Of a stretch of 64,000 bases of DNA, positions 41,185 through 56,715 are shown one piece after another. Where the stretch lies: the NCBI GenBank assembly GCA_951406725.2, contig OX597832.1:27156001-27220000 (forward strand), read 5' to 3'. Below the pieces are notes generated by a model that ran no database searches, was not told the origin of the DNA, and saw nothing but the letters and a program-made list of their open reading frames with translations. This stretch comes from Octopus vulgaris (lineage: Eukaryota). How positions within the stretch are numbered: the first letter of the stretch is position 1; each line of letters starts with the position of its first letter. The position numbers were made by a program, and so were the translations under genes.

Positions 41185-41672
41185 GTTGTTCTTCTTCTCC
41201 TATTTCTCCTTCCTCTCCTTCTATTTCTTCTTCTCCTATTTCTCCTTCTCCTCCTCTTTCTTCTTCTTCTTCTCCTTCCTCTCCTTCTTTTTCTTCTCCT
41301 TCCTCTTCTTCTTCTTCTACTCCTCCTTCTCCTTCCTCTCCTCCTTCTCCTTTCTCTCCTTCTTCTCCTTCTTCTTCTTCTCCATCTTCTTCTCCTCCTC
41401 CTCCTCCTCCTCCTCCTCCTCCTCCTCCTCCTCCTTCTTCTTTTTCTTCTTCTACTCCTTTTTCTCCTTCTCCTTCTCTTTCTCCTTCTCCTTCTTCTTC
41501 TTCTCCTTCTACTATCTCTTCTTCTCCTTCTCCTTCTTCTTCTTCTTCTCCTTCTCCTTCTCTTATCTTCTTCTTCTTCTTCTTCTCCTTCTACTATCTC
41601 TTCTTCTTCTCCTTCTCCTTCTTCTTCTTCCCCTTCTCCTCCTTCTTCTCCTTCCTCTTCTTATTCTTCCCC
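41185..41672. repeat. (CTT/CCT)n polypyrimidine tract
   Basis: ~490 bp nearly pure C/T. Confidence 0.95.
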
Positions 41673-42139
41673 GTCTGTCACGCAGCAATATCATTTGTTT
41701 TGCTTTGTTCGCCGTTTTTGTTTATCTTTTTGTCTTTTCTCAGGAGATTTTCTATGGATTTTCTAATGTCAATCAAACGGCTGTATGTTTAACTTACAGT
41801 ACTTGAGACACTAGATGTAGCTTTAAGTAAGCCATTATATACACACACATATATACGTGCACATGTACGTGCGTGCTTCTATATATCTGCTTGTGTATAT
41901 TATGTATCCGTGCATGTATATGTGTGTGTATGTGTACAAATATTGCCTTCGTAGCGCCAGCGAACTCCCGTCCTTGACCAGTTTCTCTTATTACAATATT
42001 TATTGATTTTCGACAAAGACAATATGTTGTTGTTGTTGCAGTTAGTTTTTTGGCTTTTGGAAGAATCAGCAACAACGTCAGACAATATTCTTCATTGCAC
42101 TGTTAACGATCGCCTTCGCTTATTTTACATCACGGGTTC

Positions 42140-42522
42140 AAATCTTACCCAATGCTTTTTTGCTCTTTTTATGAAGTGCCCTGTCCATTATGCACCAGAG
42201 GTGTTCAATAGGGTTCATATCTGCTGACTGGCTTGGCCATGGAAGTTTTTTAATGCCATTCTCATCCAACAAATCTTGGGTCATTTTAGCCGAGTGACAA
42301 GGAGCCCCATGTTCCATAAATAAAGAGACTTCTTTTATCATTTTACCACTGGAGAAGATTGAAAGGAGTCCTTTCTGCAATATGGACACGTATTTATCTG
42401 AGCTTATGTTTCCCTTACATTCCATCAGCTCTGATCAACCGTTGCTCCAAATTGCTTCCCAGGCCAGCACAGAATAACTGCCGTGTTTCATTGTTGGCTG
42501 CAATCTTTTCACTTCAAATTCT
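42140..42522 (-). mobile_element. Tc1-like transposase internal fragment
   Basis: LFMEHGAPCHSAK...LPWPSQSADMNPIEHLW; closely matches 48620-48998. Confidence 0.9.
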
Positions 42523-42749
42523 TTTATTTTTTACCGAAATTGAGAAAAAATAAGTACTTATTGTTATTGTCATTATTGTTTAATCCCAAGTTCAATAACG
42601 ATGGGATAGATGGTATGCCGTTCTAACCGTGACTATCCTGTATTTTACCGAGGCATCACCATACGCCAAAGATTACATTATTCGAAGTGTCATTAGTTTT
42701 AGTTGATCTCATTCGTAACACAAAATCCTATTCATAATTTCATCCTACG

Positions 42750-42877
42750 TGGAGCCCTCTTCTTCTATCATACTCTCTATTTTGGTCAACTTGCGCCGCA
42801 GGGTCTCAGAGGAGATAGTGTTAGTTGAAGGCTAATAAACCTGCCATACACAGACAACTTCAGCTTTATATATAGAG
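42750..42877 (-). mobile_element. Helitron-like element 5' fragment
   Basis: Reverse complement of ~63438-63560. Confidence 0.75.
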
Positions 42878-43027
42878 AAAGATTTATAGCACGTTGATCG
42901 ACCAGACAATGACGTGTTGCTTGCGTATGACACCGGTGTTGACCTTAAATTATAACCTCTCAGTTACTCGCTCCATCCAAGAACATACATTTAACTCTTG
43001 GATACCATTCATAGATAGATGAATAGA

Positions 43028-43410
43028 GTGGAGGCGCAATGGTCCAGTGGTTAGGGCAGCGGACTCGCGGTCGTAGGATCGCGGTTTCGATTCCTAGACC
43101 GGGCGTTGTGAGTGTTTATTGAGCGAAAACACCTAAAGCTCCACGAGGCTCCGGCAGGGATGGTGGTGATCCCTGCTGTACTCTTTCACCACAACTTTCT
43201 CTCACTCTTACTTCCTGTTTCTGTTGTATCTGTATTTCAAAGGGCCGGCCTTGTCACTCTCTGTGTCACGCTGAATATCCCCGAGAACTACGTTAAGGGT
43301 ACACGTGTCTGTGGAGTGCTCAGCCACTTACACGTTAATTACACGAGCAGGCTGTTCCGTTGATCGGATCAACCGGAACCCTCGTCGTCGTAACCGACGG
43401 AGTGCTTCCA
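43028..43410 (+). mobile_element. tRNA-derived SINE family C, full-length
   Basis: A-box TGGTCCAGTGG, B-box GGTTTCGATTCC; flanked by an agatgaata duplication. Confidence 0.9.
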
Positions 43411-44042
43411 TCCCAGATGAATATAGAGGGAGGTAGTTTGGCAATGGACAGAGAGATAGGTAGATAACTAGAAAGATAAATGGGTAGATAGGCAGCTAGC
43501 TAGGTAACTCAGGTGCCGAGGTTAACAATCTTCTCAATCATTTTAACTCTAAACACTAGAGAGTTCGTCCGTAACACTGTTAAGTGCAGAGTATGAACTT
43601 CCTGTAGTTCTGGCAGAGTTTTAACGATGATGGAGAAGGACAGGAAAAATATTCAATATATTTGGCGAAAACTATTTAAATCGACAGATGTTCAGCATTA
43701 AAACACGACCATCTTTCACTACACGGGAGTAAATACGATGCACGCATACATACACGCATGCGTAGAGACACGCATGCATAAACATAGATACATATTTGTA
43801 TATAAACACATACATGCATAAACATACATTATATTACCTATAATCACTGCTTAGCCCTGTGCCATTAAATTCACCGGAAGTGGAGGCTATTCTACACTCT
43901 CTTTCCTTCTTTCTTAGTCCATTTCTCCTTCATCTCTTCCTCACCGTCCTCCACTACCTAAGACTCAGTATTGTAAGCACAAGCATATATATATATATAT
44001 ATATATATATACGTGTATGTATATATATATATATATATATAC

Positions 44043-44076
<34 letters not shown>

Positions 44077-44094
44077 GTGTATATATATATATAT

Positions 44095-44160
<66 letters not shown>

Positions 44161-44183
44161 GTGTATATATATATATATACGTG

Positions 44184-44214
<31 letters not shown>

Positions 44215-44307
44215 ATACGTATATATATACGTGTATATATATGTATATGTGTATATACATATATATATATATGTATGTATATATATATATATGTATATAT
44301 ATACATG

Positions 44308-44339
<32 letters not shown>

Positions 44340-44849
44340 TACATGTTTATATGTATATATGTGTACGTATATATATTTATATAAACACACGCACTTGCAC
44401 ACACATTTATACACACATATATTTATTTATATGATCAGTTGTATAACCTAATTCGTTATCAATATGAAAATTATGATGTACACAAACGTGCGTGTGAGTG
44501 CGCATATATATATAATTATGTATGTGTGTGTGTGTGTGTGTGTGTGTATGTATCTATATATACATACACATACATGCGTACACACAAACACACACACTCA
44601 GTATATAAAAAATATGGTTATATATAAATATACAAAGTTGCGCGTATACAATATAGAAATAAACGTATGCAAACACGCACACATACACACACATTCACAC
44701 ACACGCACCACGCACAAATATACACGCGTATATGCATAAAAATACACATCCGGACGTGCATAAACACACACACACACACATACACATTTATATATTATTT
44801 AACTCAACATCATGGTCAAGATAGGAATGTTTAGGTCAAAGAGAAATTT

Positions 44850-45023
44850 TAAAATTCCAAACCAACCGGAAACGGCACCATATTGCTGCTGTGCGCGTAA
44901 GTGAAAGAACGTTACCAGACGGTTGTATACTTTACAACGGAAACCACAAGCGTCCATTTTGTTTGCGCTGTGCTGATGTGAAAGCGAATGGATTCTTTGT
45001 AGAGAACAGTCTAACAACACCAG
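44850..45023 (+). other. Candidate non-coding first exon or promoter-proximal exon
   Basis: Unique CpG-containing island with accggaaac; consensus donor CAG|gtaagc at 45023/45024. Confidence 0.3.
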
Positions 45024-45049
45024 GTAAGCGTGTATATAGCTTCTATATT

Positions 45050-45235
45050 TTTACTTGTTTCAATCATTGAAATGCGGTCATGCTGGGGCACCACCTTGAA
45101 GGGTTTAATAGAATAAATCGACCACATTATTTTTTTCTTCAAGTTCTTTAACTTATTGTATCGATCTTTTTAGTTAGGGGGACGTAAAGAAACCAACACC
45201 GGTTGGCAATGTGCAGGAGGGAAACAGACACACAT

Positions 45236-45286
<51 letters not shown>

Positions 45287-45475
45287 CGCTCTCTCTCTCA
45301 CACACACACACATGCACACACATACATACACTTATATACGGAGGGCTTCCACAGTTTCCGTTCTTACCTGGCCTACGATCTATAGTAGAAGACACTTGCT
45401 GAAGATGCTGCGCAGTTGGCCCGAACTTGAAACCAAGCGGCCGCAAAGCAAGTTTCTTAGCCACGCGGCCACACC
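45050..45475 (-). mobile_element. SINE family A, diverged full-length
   Basis: ttacttgtttcaatcatt...catgctggggcacc...agaagacacttg...ttagccacgcggccac. Confidence 0.75.
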
Positions 45476-45493
45476 TATATATATATATATATA

Positions 45494-45679
45494 ATTATAA
45501 TTTAGGGTATCTAAGAGATACCTCCACGCTGGAAATATCAGTCAAAACTTGACTCTAAAACCACATTTAATGTTCATGCAGTTCCTGGTGCTGTATGAAC
45601 CTTTAATGTGGTTTTAGAGTCAAGTTTTGGCTGTTATTTCCAGCGTGGCAATATCTCTTAGGTATCCTAAATTATAATT
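45494..45679. repeat. ~185-bp near-perfect palindrome inside a (TA)n-flanked element (45493-45762)
   Basis: attataatttagggtatctaagagata...catgcag ttcctggtg ctgtatg...tatctcttaggtatcctaaattataat. Confidence 0.9.
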
Positions 45680-45758
45680 TTTATAATTATTACCTTTGAA
45701 GGTTTTTATACCCATGCTCGCCACCAGATAAAATCGATATTTAGAATAACGATCTTAT

Positions 45759-45820
<62 letters not shown>

Positions 45821-46063
45821 CGTAAGGGCACACGAAGGGTCTACCTGCTAGAAAGTAGAGTTAAAACCCTCAACTTAACCACAGTTGTAATCTGTTGGTA
45901 ACTATGATATGATAAATATAAATTTTAATTGTATAGCTATCTAAGGCTATTTAAAGTCTGCAGTCACCTGTATTATTGGTGTTGTTATTATCAATGTATA
46001 TTTACCGCGGATAGTAATAGTAATAATAATAGCTTTATAAATATTCACTTTCGAATACTTACG

Positions 46064-46545
<482 letters not shown>

Positions 46546-46631
46546 TGGGCGATATAAATGCCGGTTGGTTTGTTGGTTGATATCTCCTGTTTCGTTTTAC
46601 ACTGCATGGTGAATAGTGAGAGTGTGTGTCT

Positions 46632-46667
<36 letters not shown>

Positions 46668-47053
46668 GACAGAGGGAGAGAGAGAAAGAGAGAGAGACAG
46701 ATAGACAGACTGAAAGATAGACATATAGACAGAAAGAGAGAGGTTAACTTAAGAATCGCAAGATGAGTGGCTTTCTGAAGAATACGTCATCTTTTATGAA
46801 ATTTTTGCGCAGAAAGAGATTTTCGACTGCGATTATGATTTGAAACTTTCAAAGAGTAATAAGATATATCTATTGCAAATATATTAAATGAGAAATTTGT
46901 TCTGTTTCGTCATATTCTAAAGTAATAAAATATTCTTCTTTCGAGAATGATTCATGCCATCATTTTTTTATAAGCAGCGAGAAATTTCATAAAAGTTGAA
47001 TTAAAATTATTGTACGTCTGCCATATTTCTTGCTATCACCGGTGTGCTGGGAA

Positions 47054-47375
47054 GGCGCGTGGCTTAATGGTTAGGGCGTTTGGCTCACGGTCGTAGGGAC
47101 GTGAGTTCGATACACGGCGGCGTGTTGTGTTTCCTTCAGCAAGACAAAGACACTTTATTTCTCGTTGTTTCAGTTCACTCAGCTGGCAAAAATGAACAGT
47201 ACCAGTAATTCAAAAGGGTCAGCCTTACCACATTGTGTCACACTGAATCTTTCTGAACCACATTAAGGGAAATACGCTCGTCTGTGGAGTATTCAGCCAC
47301 TTGAACGTTAAGTTCAAGAGCAGACTGTTTCGTTGATCGGATCAACGGGAAGCCTCGTCGTAAGCGACGGCGTGA
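47054..47375 (+). mobile_element. SINE family C, older variant (head-only remnant also at 47468-47540)
   Basis: ggcgcgtggcttaatggttagggc...gagttcgata...cagttcactcagctg...gttgatcggatcaac. Confidence 0.75.
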
Positions 47376-47595
47376 ACATTACCTGTGGTGATAAAAGTAT
47401 ATTTATGATTTTACCCGTCATATGAAGGATATATCACTCGCCCACCCCACCTACATACATATCTATAGGGTGTGTGGATCAGTGGTGAGGGTGTTGGACT
47501 CGCGATCGGAAGACTGTGGTTTCGATTCCGAAGCGACGATTGTTTAGCTGGCCGAAACTTCGAAGTCACTATCAATACTAATTTTGTTGAATAAC

Positions 47596-47909
<314 letters not shown>

Positions 47910-48137
47910 CTGAGTCACCTTTTGCCTCCGAAGATGTTAAATGCCCCCAAGTGAAAAGTCTACTGTTTTAAATCCGGTTTTGTGACTTTTGGATTGTCCA
48001 ATGAAATCAGTTTGCTATCGTCTGGATAATTTGACAGAATTGCTGTTTGAAAATGGATTGGTAAATAACGAGAAAAAACATTGACGATGAATCAAATCAA
48101 ATCTTTTCTGCATGTTGTGTGTGTGAATGGGTATAAA

Positions 48138-48168
<31 letters not shown>

Positions 48169-48386
48169 AAGTATGTATAAAGTGCATACGGTCTTCTGGG
48201 AATGAAAAAAAAATTGTGTCCGGATACACTTTCAGATATTTACACTTGATACATATTCATGCGCGAATGTGTGCCTGTGGGCATATATGAATGCACACAC
48301 AAACACACATATGTATATCGGTGTGTGTATGTATATATGTGTATGCGTGTGTGTGTCTCAGTTTGTGTGTATACTCTACACGCATA

Positions 48387-49555
48387 CACAGACATGCCTG
48401 AAGTCAATAGACACCCTTATAATCATTAAAATTTATTTAAATCTGAAATTATACCTTGAAATAATTTATTAACTGTTATAATGTGAATATTTAATATTTA
48501 GTGGACATGCCCTTTGCATTTTTCAAAGCAAAGACCCTATTAGGCATGTTACTGATCAGATGACGAATATTCTCTTGCGGAATTTCTTGCCAAGTTTCAT
48601 GCAGTAATCTCAAAAGATCTGGCTTTGAAGATGCTTTCTTGTTCTTTTTATGAAGTGTCCTGTCCATTATGTCCCAGAGGTGTTCAATAGGGTTCATATC
48701 TGGTGACTGGCTTGGCCATGGAAGCTTTTTAATGCCATTCTCATCCAACAAATCTTGGGTTATTTTAACTATGTGACAAGGAGCCCCATCTTCCATAAAT
48801 AAAGAGTCCTCTTTAATCATTTTACCACTGGAGAAGATTGGAAGGAGTCCTTTCTGCAGTATGGACACATTTATCTGAGCTTATGTTTCCCTTACATTCC
48901 ATCAGCTCTGATCAACCGTTGCTCCAAATTGCTTCCCAGGCCAGCACAGAATAACTGCCGTGTTTCATTGTTGGCTGCAATCTTTTCACTTCAAATTCTC
49001 GATCACAGTGTCTCCAGAACCAAACTCGACCACCTACCTTCAGGAAATAAAGCAAATCTGGACTCATCAGAGAATATCACAGTGTCCCAAAAGGCTAGTG
49101 GCCTGTCCACCATTTCACTGGCCCGATCTTTTCTCCGCTTGATGTTGGCTGGTCGAAGAAGTGGCTTCCTTCTTGCTGCTCTGCCATAGTAACCAAGTTC
49201 GTGGAGATACCTGACAGCTGTTCTGGGACTGACATTCACTTGTACTGCTATGTCAGAGGCCTTTTGGATTCATTCCCCTCTCTGGCGAATTGCACAATCA
49301 CTCTATTAACTGTAGAAAGCGGAATCCCAAGGTTCTCTATGATTTTACGCTATGTCCACCTTCAGAATGACCCCAAATACAGCCTGTTTGAAATCCATAG
49401 AGTTCCAAGGTTTCTTTTGAACATGGAATGATTAAACAGTCACGTATAGAACCCGAAACATAAAAATGTCAATTAAAAAAATATAAACGCTACAAGTTAC
49501 AATAAATATAAAACAATGTTTTATGGGGTGTCTATTTACTTCTGTCATGTCTGTG
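48387..49555 (-). mobile_element. Tc1-like DNA transposon (DD34E type), defective, with both TIRs and TA target duplication
   Basis: TIRs cacagacatgcctgaagtcaatagacaccc / gggtgtctatttacttctgtcatgtctgtg flanked by TA; RKPLL, VIFSDESRF, FMEDGAPCH, WPSQSPDMNPIEHLW motifs; stops and frameshifts. Confidence 0.93.
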
Positions 49556-49617
49556 TATATATTTACTCATAATATATCACATATATATATATATATACAT
49601 TTTTTTTACTTCGATGC

Positions 49618-49674
<57 letters not shown>

Positions 49675-49868
49675 GTAGGTAGGTATTTGCGCGCGCGCAT
49701 CCATAGCGTGCTTCGTATGTAAAACAACATTTCACTGATTTTATGTGAACAAAGCTGACACATTTATGTTGTTGTGATATAAAAAACATTGAAGTTATGG
49801 GAACGAACATCTCCGAAATTGACGGAATTGTTGATGCACACACAACACAAACATATATAGCATCTGTG

Positions 49869-49914
<46 letters not shown>

Positions 49915-50023
49915 ATAAATATATACATATATATATATATATCACATATATGTATGTATACATATACATATATATATATACATACAGGACTAGTACTGTT
50001 TCATTCAAGAGAAATCTTCAGGA

Positions 50024-50057
<34 letters not shown>

Positions 50058-50059
50058 AC

Positions 50060-50093
<34 letters not shown>

Positions 50094-50439
50094 ATATATA
50101 TATATGAATATAGTATATGTATATGATATGTGTATATAGTATATATGTTAATTTATATACGTATGTCTAAATGTAAGTGTACACTTCTTAATATATTACG
50201 TATGCACATATTCTGTATATGAGTATATATAAATACACGCATATAAGTGTGTGTGTATGTGTGTGTGTGTATGTGTGTATGTATGTCAGTGTGTGTGTGC
50301 ATGTATGTATATATGCATACACGTATACGTTTTCATATGCATTTTATGTTCGTCTAGGTGTGTGTATAAAGTTGAATGTTAAGTATTGGTCATAGCTTTC
50401 TTCTAAGTTGACACAAATCATTCAAATTACAAAAGTTGG

Positions 50440-51535
50440 TGGATTAAATCCTAAACGAAGATACCCTTCGGTACAGTTTCTACTACAAGCGATGTATCCA
50501 CCCCATTATTGTACCCCACTCTCGAAATATCCTTGAAAAACCAAAAGCCATGCGTGCACGATTGAACGTATTTCTTCGTAGCCATTTTTATATCTTCCGT
50601 GTCATCAAATAATTGTTCCCGAAGATTGTCTTTTATTGTGCCTTAGAAGTGGAACTTTGAGAGCACTCGGTCCAGTCTGTACAATGGATGGGGTACCACT
50701 GACCAATTTACCAAAGACGTGAATTGTCGCGTGTTGTCACAGTCAATGTGGATCATTTAAAAATTCTTGTTCGGTTCCTTCCTTCCGATGGTTTCTCTAA
50801 ACTTGTTTTGTGTCTCAATGTGCCACTCACTGATCACAGTACGCCTACGTTCCAGACAATCAAGAAGAACCCCGCCCTTGTCATTTCCTCAAACAGTCAC
50901 CATGGCTCTCCATGCCGATCGCTGGTTTTTGAAATTCCTAGACTTTTGAAATGGCGTGTGACACAACTCAAACGATTCTAGTAAATGGAGAGCAAAAATC
51001 TATTCTTCTCTGCTTCAAATCGGGTATCAACTACTAAGGTTTGCAAACACTCCCATGTACCCAAGGTATTTTACCATCTTCTGTAAGGCTTTCTGATCAT
51101 GTTCTAGTCGTGCAGCGAACACCCAAACTGGGACTCGTCTGTCCGCGCGAACCAACTTTTCTATTCGCTCGCAATTCATGTCAATGGTCACAGGTGACGG
51201 TCTTCTACAGTAAAGTTTCTCTTCGATGCTGGTTTCGCCTTATTTAAACTTCTTCATCCATCTACGCACATTGTTCTTGTCAAGGGTATTATCTCCATAA
51301 AAAAACTACAACCTTAGGTAGACGTCAGGCAACCTGTAACTCTTCTTCGCTAAGAACTCAATCACGATACGTTCCTTCTGCTTGCAATTTGCAATGTTAA
51401 TCAGAAACGAAATAGAACAGGAAGAATTACTATAGACAGGAAGAGTTTCTTAGCCAACACGTGCAGTTTGAACGATTTGTGTCACTTAATAAAAAAAGTT
51501 GCCATTTTTGCAAGAATTTCGGCACAACCTTCGCA
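50440..51535 (-). mobile_element. Mariner transposase relic, heavily decayed
   Basis: ERIVIEFL...YGDNTL...VRRWMKKFK.GETS...RRP...LVRADRR; DCDNTRQ...WSVVPHPLYRLDRVLSKFHF resembles WEVLPHPPYSPDLAPSDFHL. Confidence 0.75.
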
Positions 51536-51814
51536 TAAAGCGAAATCCATATTTTATTGGTTACTGTAGATCACACACTGGGGCCAACCCCCTTTTAACA
51601 GCTTCTAGTTTTGAGCCAAAGAAGGAAAGAAATATTTTGGGCAATACTAACGTAATATCCATATTGTCGACTATTTGATTGGTTGACGCCTGTCATGTGA
51701 TTCAATCAGGTTTCCACACGGATGGTCGATAGAAATGGTTTATATAATTTTGTTTATAAGCTAATAAAATCAGGTGCCATAATAAGCACGCATCTTCATG
51801 CATACACATATTTG

Positions 51815-51855
<41 letters not shown>

Positions 51856-52259
51856 AGAGAGAGAGGGAGAGAGAGAGAGAGAGATATTATCTTATAAACA
51901 TACATTCAACTATATTTACATATATATTTATACTCTAAGCACAGATACACACACGCATATATATATGTATATATATGTATATATATATGTATATACATAT
52001 ATACATACATATATATACATATATACATACATATATATACATATATACATATATATATATACATATATACATATATATATATACATATATACATACATAT
52101 ATATATATATACACACACATATATATATATATACACATATATACATATATATATACACATATATACATATATATATATACACACATATATACATATATAT
52201 ATATATATATATACATACATATATATATATACACATATATACATACATATATATATATA

Positions 52260-52290
<31 letters not shown>

Positions 52291-52303
52291 ATATATGTAT
52301 GTA

Positions 52304-52371
<68 letters not shown>

Positions 52372-53281
52372 TATATTTATATATATATATATATATTCGC
52401 AAATAACTGTATACGTACGTGCGTATGTATGATGTGCACATACTCATCATGATTAAATAATGGTACCTCTATATGCACGCACACCTCTATACTCACGGTC
52501 ACACCGTCACCCCCACGAAAAGTTACACGCACACAAACACGCATGCACGCACACACACACACAAACACGCACGCACACACACACATACACACACATACAC
52601 ACATGCACACACACGTGTTTATTCAATATAAAATCTTTGGCAATGCAATTTTCGGTGAAATGGTGCCGATGTAAATTTTCCCGCAGGATACAAAAATAAT
52701 AACATTGTTACTTCTTTTGGAAAAGCTGTTAAAAGTTTGGGAACCGATTCATTCACTTCCTCCGACTTCCTATCGATGTCTCTGTCTGTCTCCCTCTTCT
52801 CACTCCCTCCCTCATATTTCAACCCTTCTCATATATACACACATATATATGTATGTATATATATATACATACACATCATCTCTTTTCCACTGAACTAACC
52901 ACAACCCTGTGTTTGTCTGTCTCACCATCTTTGTGTGTGTGTGTGTGTGTATCTAAGAGTGTGTGTAAGTATGTGTGTGTGTATCTAAGTGTGTGTGTAA
53001 GTACGTGTGTGTGTGTGTGTGTGTGTGTGTCTCCTATGCTCTCATCCAACTCTCTCCCTCTCTCTTTGTGTGTCTTTCTCTTTCTATGCTCTCGTCTTAG
53101 TCCCCCTCTCTGAAATTTACTCACCTTTCTTCTCTCTCTCTCTCTATTTGTCTTTCTGTCTGTCTCTCTGTCTCTCTGTCTCTCTCTCTCCTTGCTCTCT
53201 TTTTCCCCTCACTGTGTTGCTTGATCGGTTATGTACCTCTGTCCTTCTCCTAAAGCTCTTTTCCATATATTTATTGTTGTT

Positions 53282-53379
<98 letters not shown>

Positions 53380-53475
53380 TAAAGTGGCGGGAAAAGAGTG
53401 AGGGGTGGAGGAAGTGGAGAAAAACAGTTTCGGTTGAACACCCTACATAGTTTGACGAGCAAAAAGATGGCGAAA
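53380..53475. promoter_or_regulatory. Candidate promoter (E2F, ETS and YY1 motifs)
   Basis: gtggcgggaaaa, gaggaagtg and aagatggcg within 90 bp; strong minus-strand donor AAG|gtgagt at 53125/53124. Confidence 0.35.
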
Positions 53476-53553
53476 CACACACGCACGCACGCACGCACAC
53501 ACATACATATATATATGTATATGTATATACACACATACATACAAGGAATGAGA

Positions 53554-53593
<40 letters not shown>

Positions 53594-53739
53594 GACTGTT
53601 TAGTTAAAGTATATAAACAAATAGTGACAAATATGTATGCAGGCATTTATGCATAAATATGTTTTGTGTACGTATATATATATATATACATATATATACA
53701 TATATATACATATATATACATATATATACATATATATAC

Positions 53740-53793
<54 letters not shown>

Positions 53794-53907
53794 GTACATA
53801 TATATATATGTATATATATGTATATATATATATATATATATACACGTATGTACATGTACAAATATGGATGTCATAGCCTTTCACCGTGTATGCATGCATT
53901 TAAGTAC

Positions 53908-53958
<51 letters not shown>

Positions 53959-54135
53959 CATATATGTGCAAATATGTATGTCATTGCATGTGTTCTTGTA
54001 TAAATTTATGTATGTAATTATGTTATATATATGTATATATATATGTCATACATATATATATGTTATACATATATATATATGTTATATCTATATATATGTT
54101 ATATCTATATATATGTTATATATATATATATATGT

Positions 54136-54199
<64 letters not shown>

Positions 54200-54219
54200 A
54201 TATATATATATATGTTATA

Positions 54220-54255
<36 letters not shown>

Positions 54256-54689
54256 TGTATTTATTTATGCACACGTATGTATGTGTGCAAATATGGATGT
54301 CATTACATATGCGTATCTGTATGTGTACATATTACATATGTCTATACGTCTGTGTATGTGTGTGTGTGTGTGTGTACTTATTGTATGATAAAGTTCTAGA
54401 ATGCTCTACATATTTTCACAGTTCCATTAATGACGTGTAATTACAATTTCGTAATTAGCCGACTTCTTTTTTTAATTTTACGAATCTCAGTTTTTTCTAG
54501 ATTGGTGTTGAGATGCCCCAATGATTACAGCTATAAATCTCTAAATTCTTTTTCGATTGGAATAACTACAGATTTGTCATTAATCCACCATATTTTAAAT
54601 TTTGTTTTTCTTTAATCATCAATCTTTAATATCATGTTAACGTCTGATGGGTAACTGATTTCAAACACTCGTGTAATTTTTTTTCTCAC

Positions 54690-54920
54690 TCCAAGGTCAT
54701 TATGTCGGGCCTGTTGTTCCAACACGTTCACTAAGTCCTTGACAGGAACAATCCACCGGTGTTCTTTCAGATTCTGAGGTTTTAATGCCATCCACATCAT
54801 TGTAACTTAAAACATTGCTTTTTGTCTTCAGGAATCTCCTTTCTACCGATTGGATTGTATAATGTTCTGGCCAATTCATGTTTCCTAGATAGTTGCTGTT
54901 TGCGATCACATTTTCTGACA
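54690..54920 (-). mobile_element. Possible CR1/L2-type LINE relic
   Basis: IQSVERRFLK....LSY resembles IESVQRRFTK...LSY downstream of the RT domain. Confidence 0.35.
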
Positions 54921-55341
54921 ACTACGTATTATGTGGGTGACTCTTTCGTGTACATACCGATGTATGCTCGTACGTACGTATATGTATACGTAGATACGTA
55001 CGTATGTATGGTTCCTTTTCTCTTCCTTTTCTTAGAATTCTTCCTAGAAGGAATGTGTTGATTTCTATTAAAGAAATTAAAGTTCCATCGCAGAAATTGT
55101 TTAACAACAACGATAATCGTTACAGGTTGAACTTCAGAAAGCATTCATAGTTTTACTGTAAAAAAATCGTATCTATAAAATTCATGTTAGACGATCTCCT
55201 TTGTTCGGAAATCTTAGCTTTCCTAATCGCCACTCAAACATTCAACAGCATAACCAAAGTCACCAACACTTATTACTGTAAAAGTGGATTTATAATCAGG
55301 TTTGAGGAAATGCTGGTTTCGAAGCAGTTGTTCACAGATAG

Positions 55342-55501
55342 CGCAAGAGTGGCTGTGTGGTAAATAGCTTGCTTACCAACCACATGGTTCCGGGTTCATT
55401 CCCACTGTGGGGCACCTTGGGCAAGTGTCTCCTACTATAGCCTCGGGCTGACCAAAGCCTTGTGAGTGGATTTGGTAGACGGAAACTGAAAGAAGCCCGT
55501 C

Positions 55502-55565
<64 letters not shown>

Positions 55566-55768
55566 TTATGTGTTTGTGTTTGTCCCTCCAACATCTCTTG
55601 ACAACTGATGTTTACGTCCCCATAACTTAGCGGTTTGACAAAAGACACCGATAGAATAAGTACTAGGCTTACAAAAAATAAGTCCTGGGGTCGATTTGCT
55701 CGACTAAAGGCGGTGCTCCAGGATGGCCACAGTCAAATGACTGAGACAAGTAAAAGAGTAGAGAGAGA
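55342..55768 (+). mobile_element. SINE family A, full-length
   Basis: Closely matches 6358-6770, with a longer internal (TA)n. Confidence 0.9.
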
Positions 55769-56213
55769 TAATCTCTTTCTCGCTGATTTTATATGAGATG
55801 GTCACGCTTGGAGGGCGACTAACTTCTATGACTTTACATGTCAGGTCTTTTATATTTACATTTGATAGAAGTTTTGATGGGAATTTCCCACCAATATTCC
55901 TTGTGCTAAAATGTGTGTGGGTTCCATAGCAGAGGTGTTTATATTTTTATATTCATATTATTTTCTGTGGATGGCTTCGTATATTGATTTTGCTCTGCGG
56001 ATAGCGTTGTGTAGAGTGGTCATGGCACAGTGGGGAGGTGATGCCTCGATGACATTCTTGGATGGATGGACCCATAATCAACATTTATTGCTGCATCTTA
56101 GAGTTTAGGGACTCCATTTTGTGTTGATGGTTCATTAGAGATTTCGGAGCCAACTCTTATTCTTGGGTTGCAGAAGCATAACCTTCGAGATGCAACGCAG
56201 TGCGTGCGTGCAT

Positions 56214-56330
<117 letters not shown>

Positions 56331-56563
56331 CGTGTGCATATAACTGGAATAGTCATCGCCGAAACTGACGGATATCTATTTTTAAAATCAACGTGTGGAA
56401 TTTGTTCTGATCCCCAGTTAATAAAGGGAACGTTTCGCAGTGTAAAATGAGTGTGTGTGTGTGTGCGTGTGTATATATATAAATATATATATATGTATGT
56501 ATATATGTATATATATATGTATGTGCGTATATATATATATATATATATATATAAATATATAAA

Positions 56564-56605
<42 letters not shown>

Positions 56606-56631
56606 AATATATTTATATATATATAAATATA

Positions 56632-56715
<84 letters not shown>

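Noticed and set aside
43028-43100. tRNA gene
   Set aside because: A/B boxes belong to a multi-copy SINE head; no acceptor stem or terminator
47975-48040. Similarity to miR-219 or miR-153 (gattgtcca, ttttgtgact)
   Set aside because: Only 9-10 nt match and no good precursor hairpin
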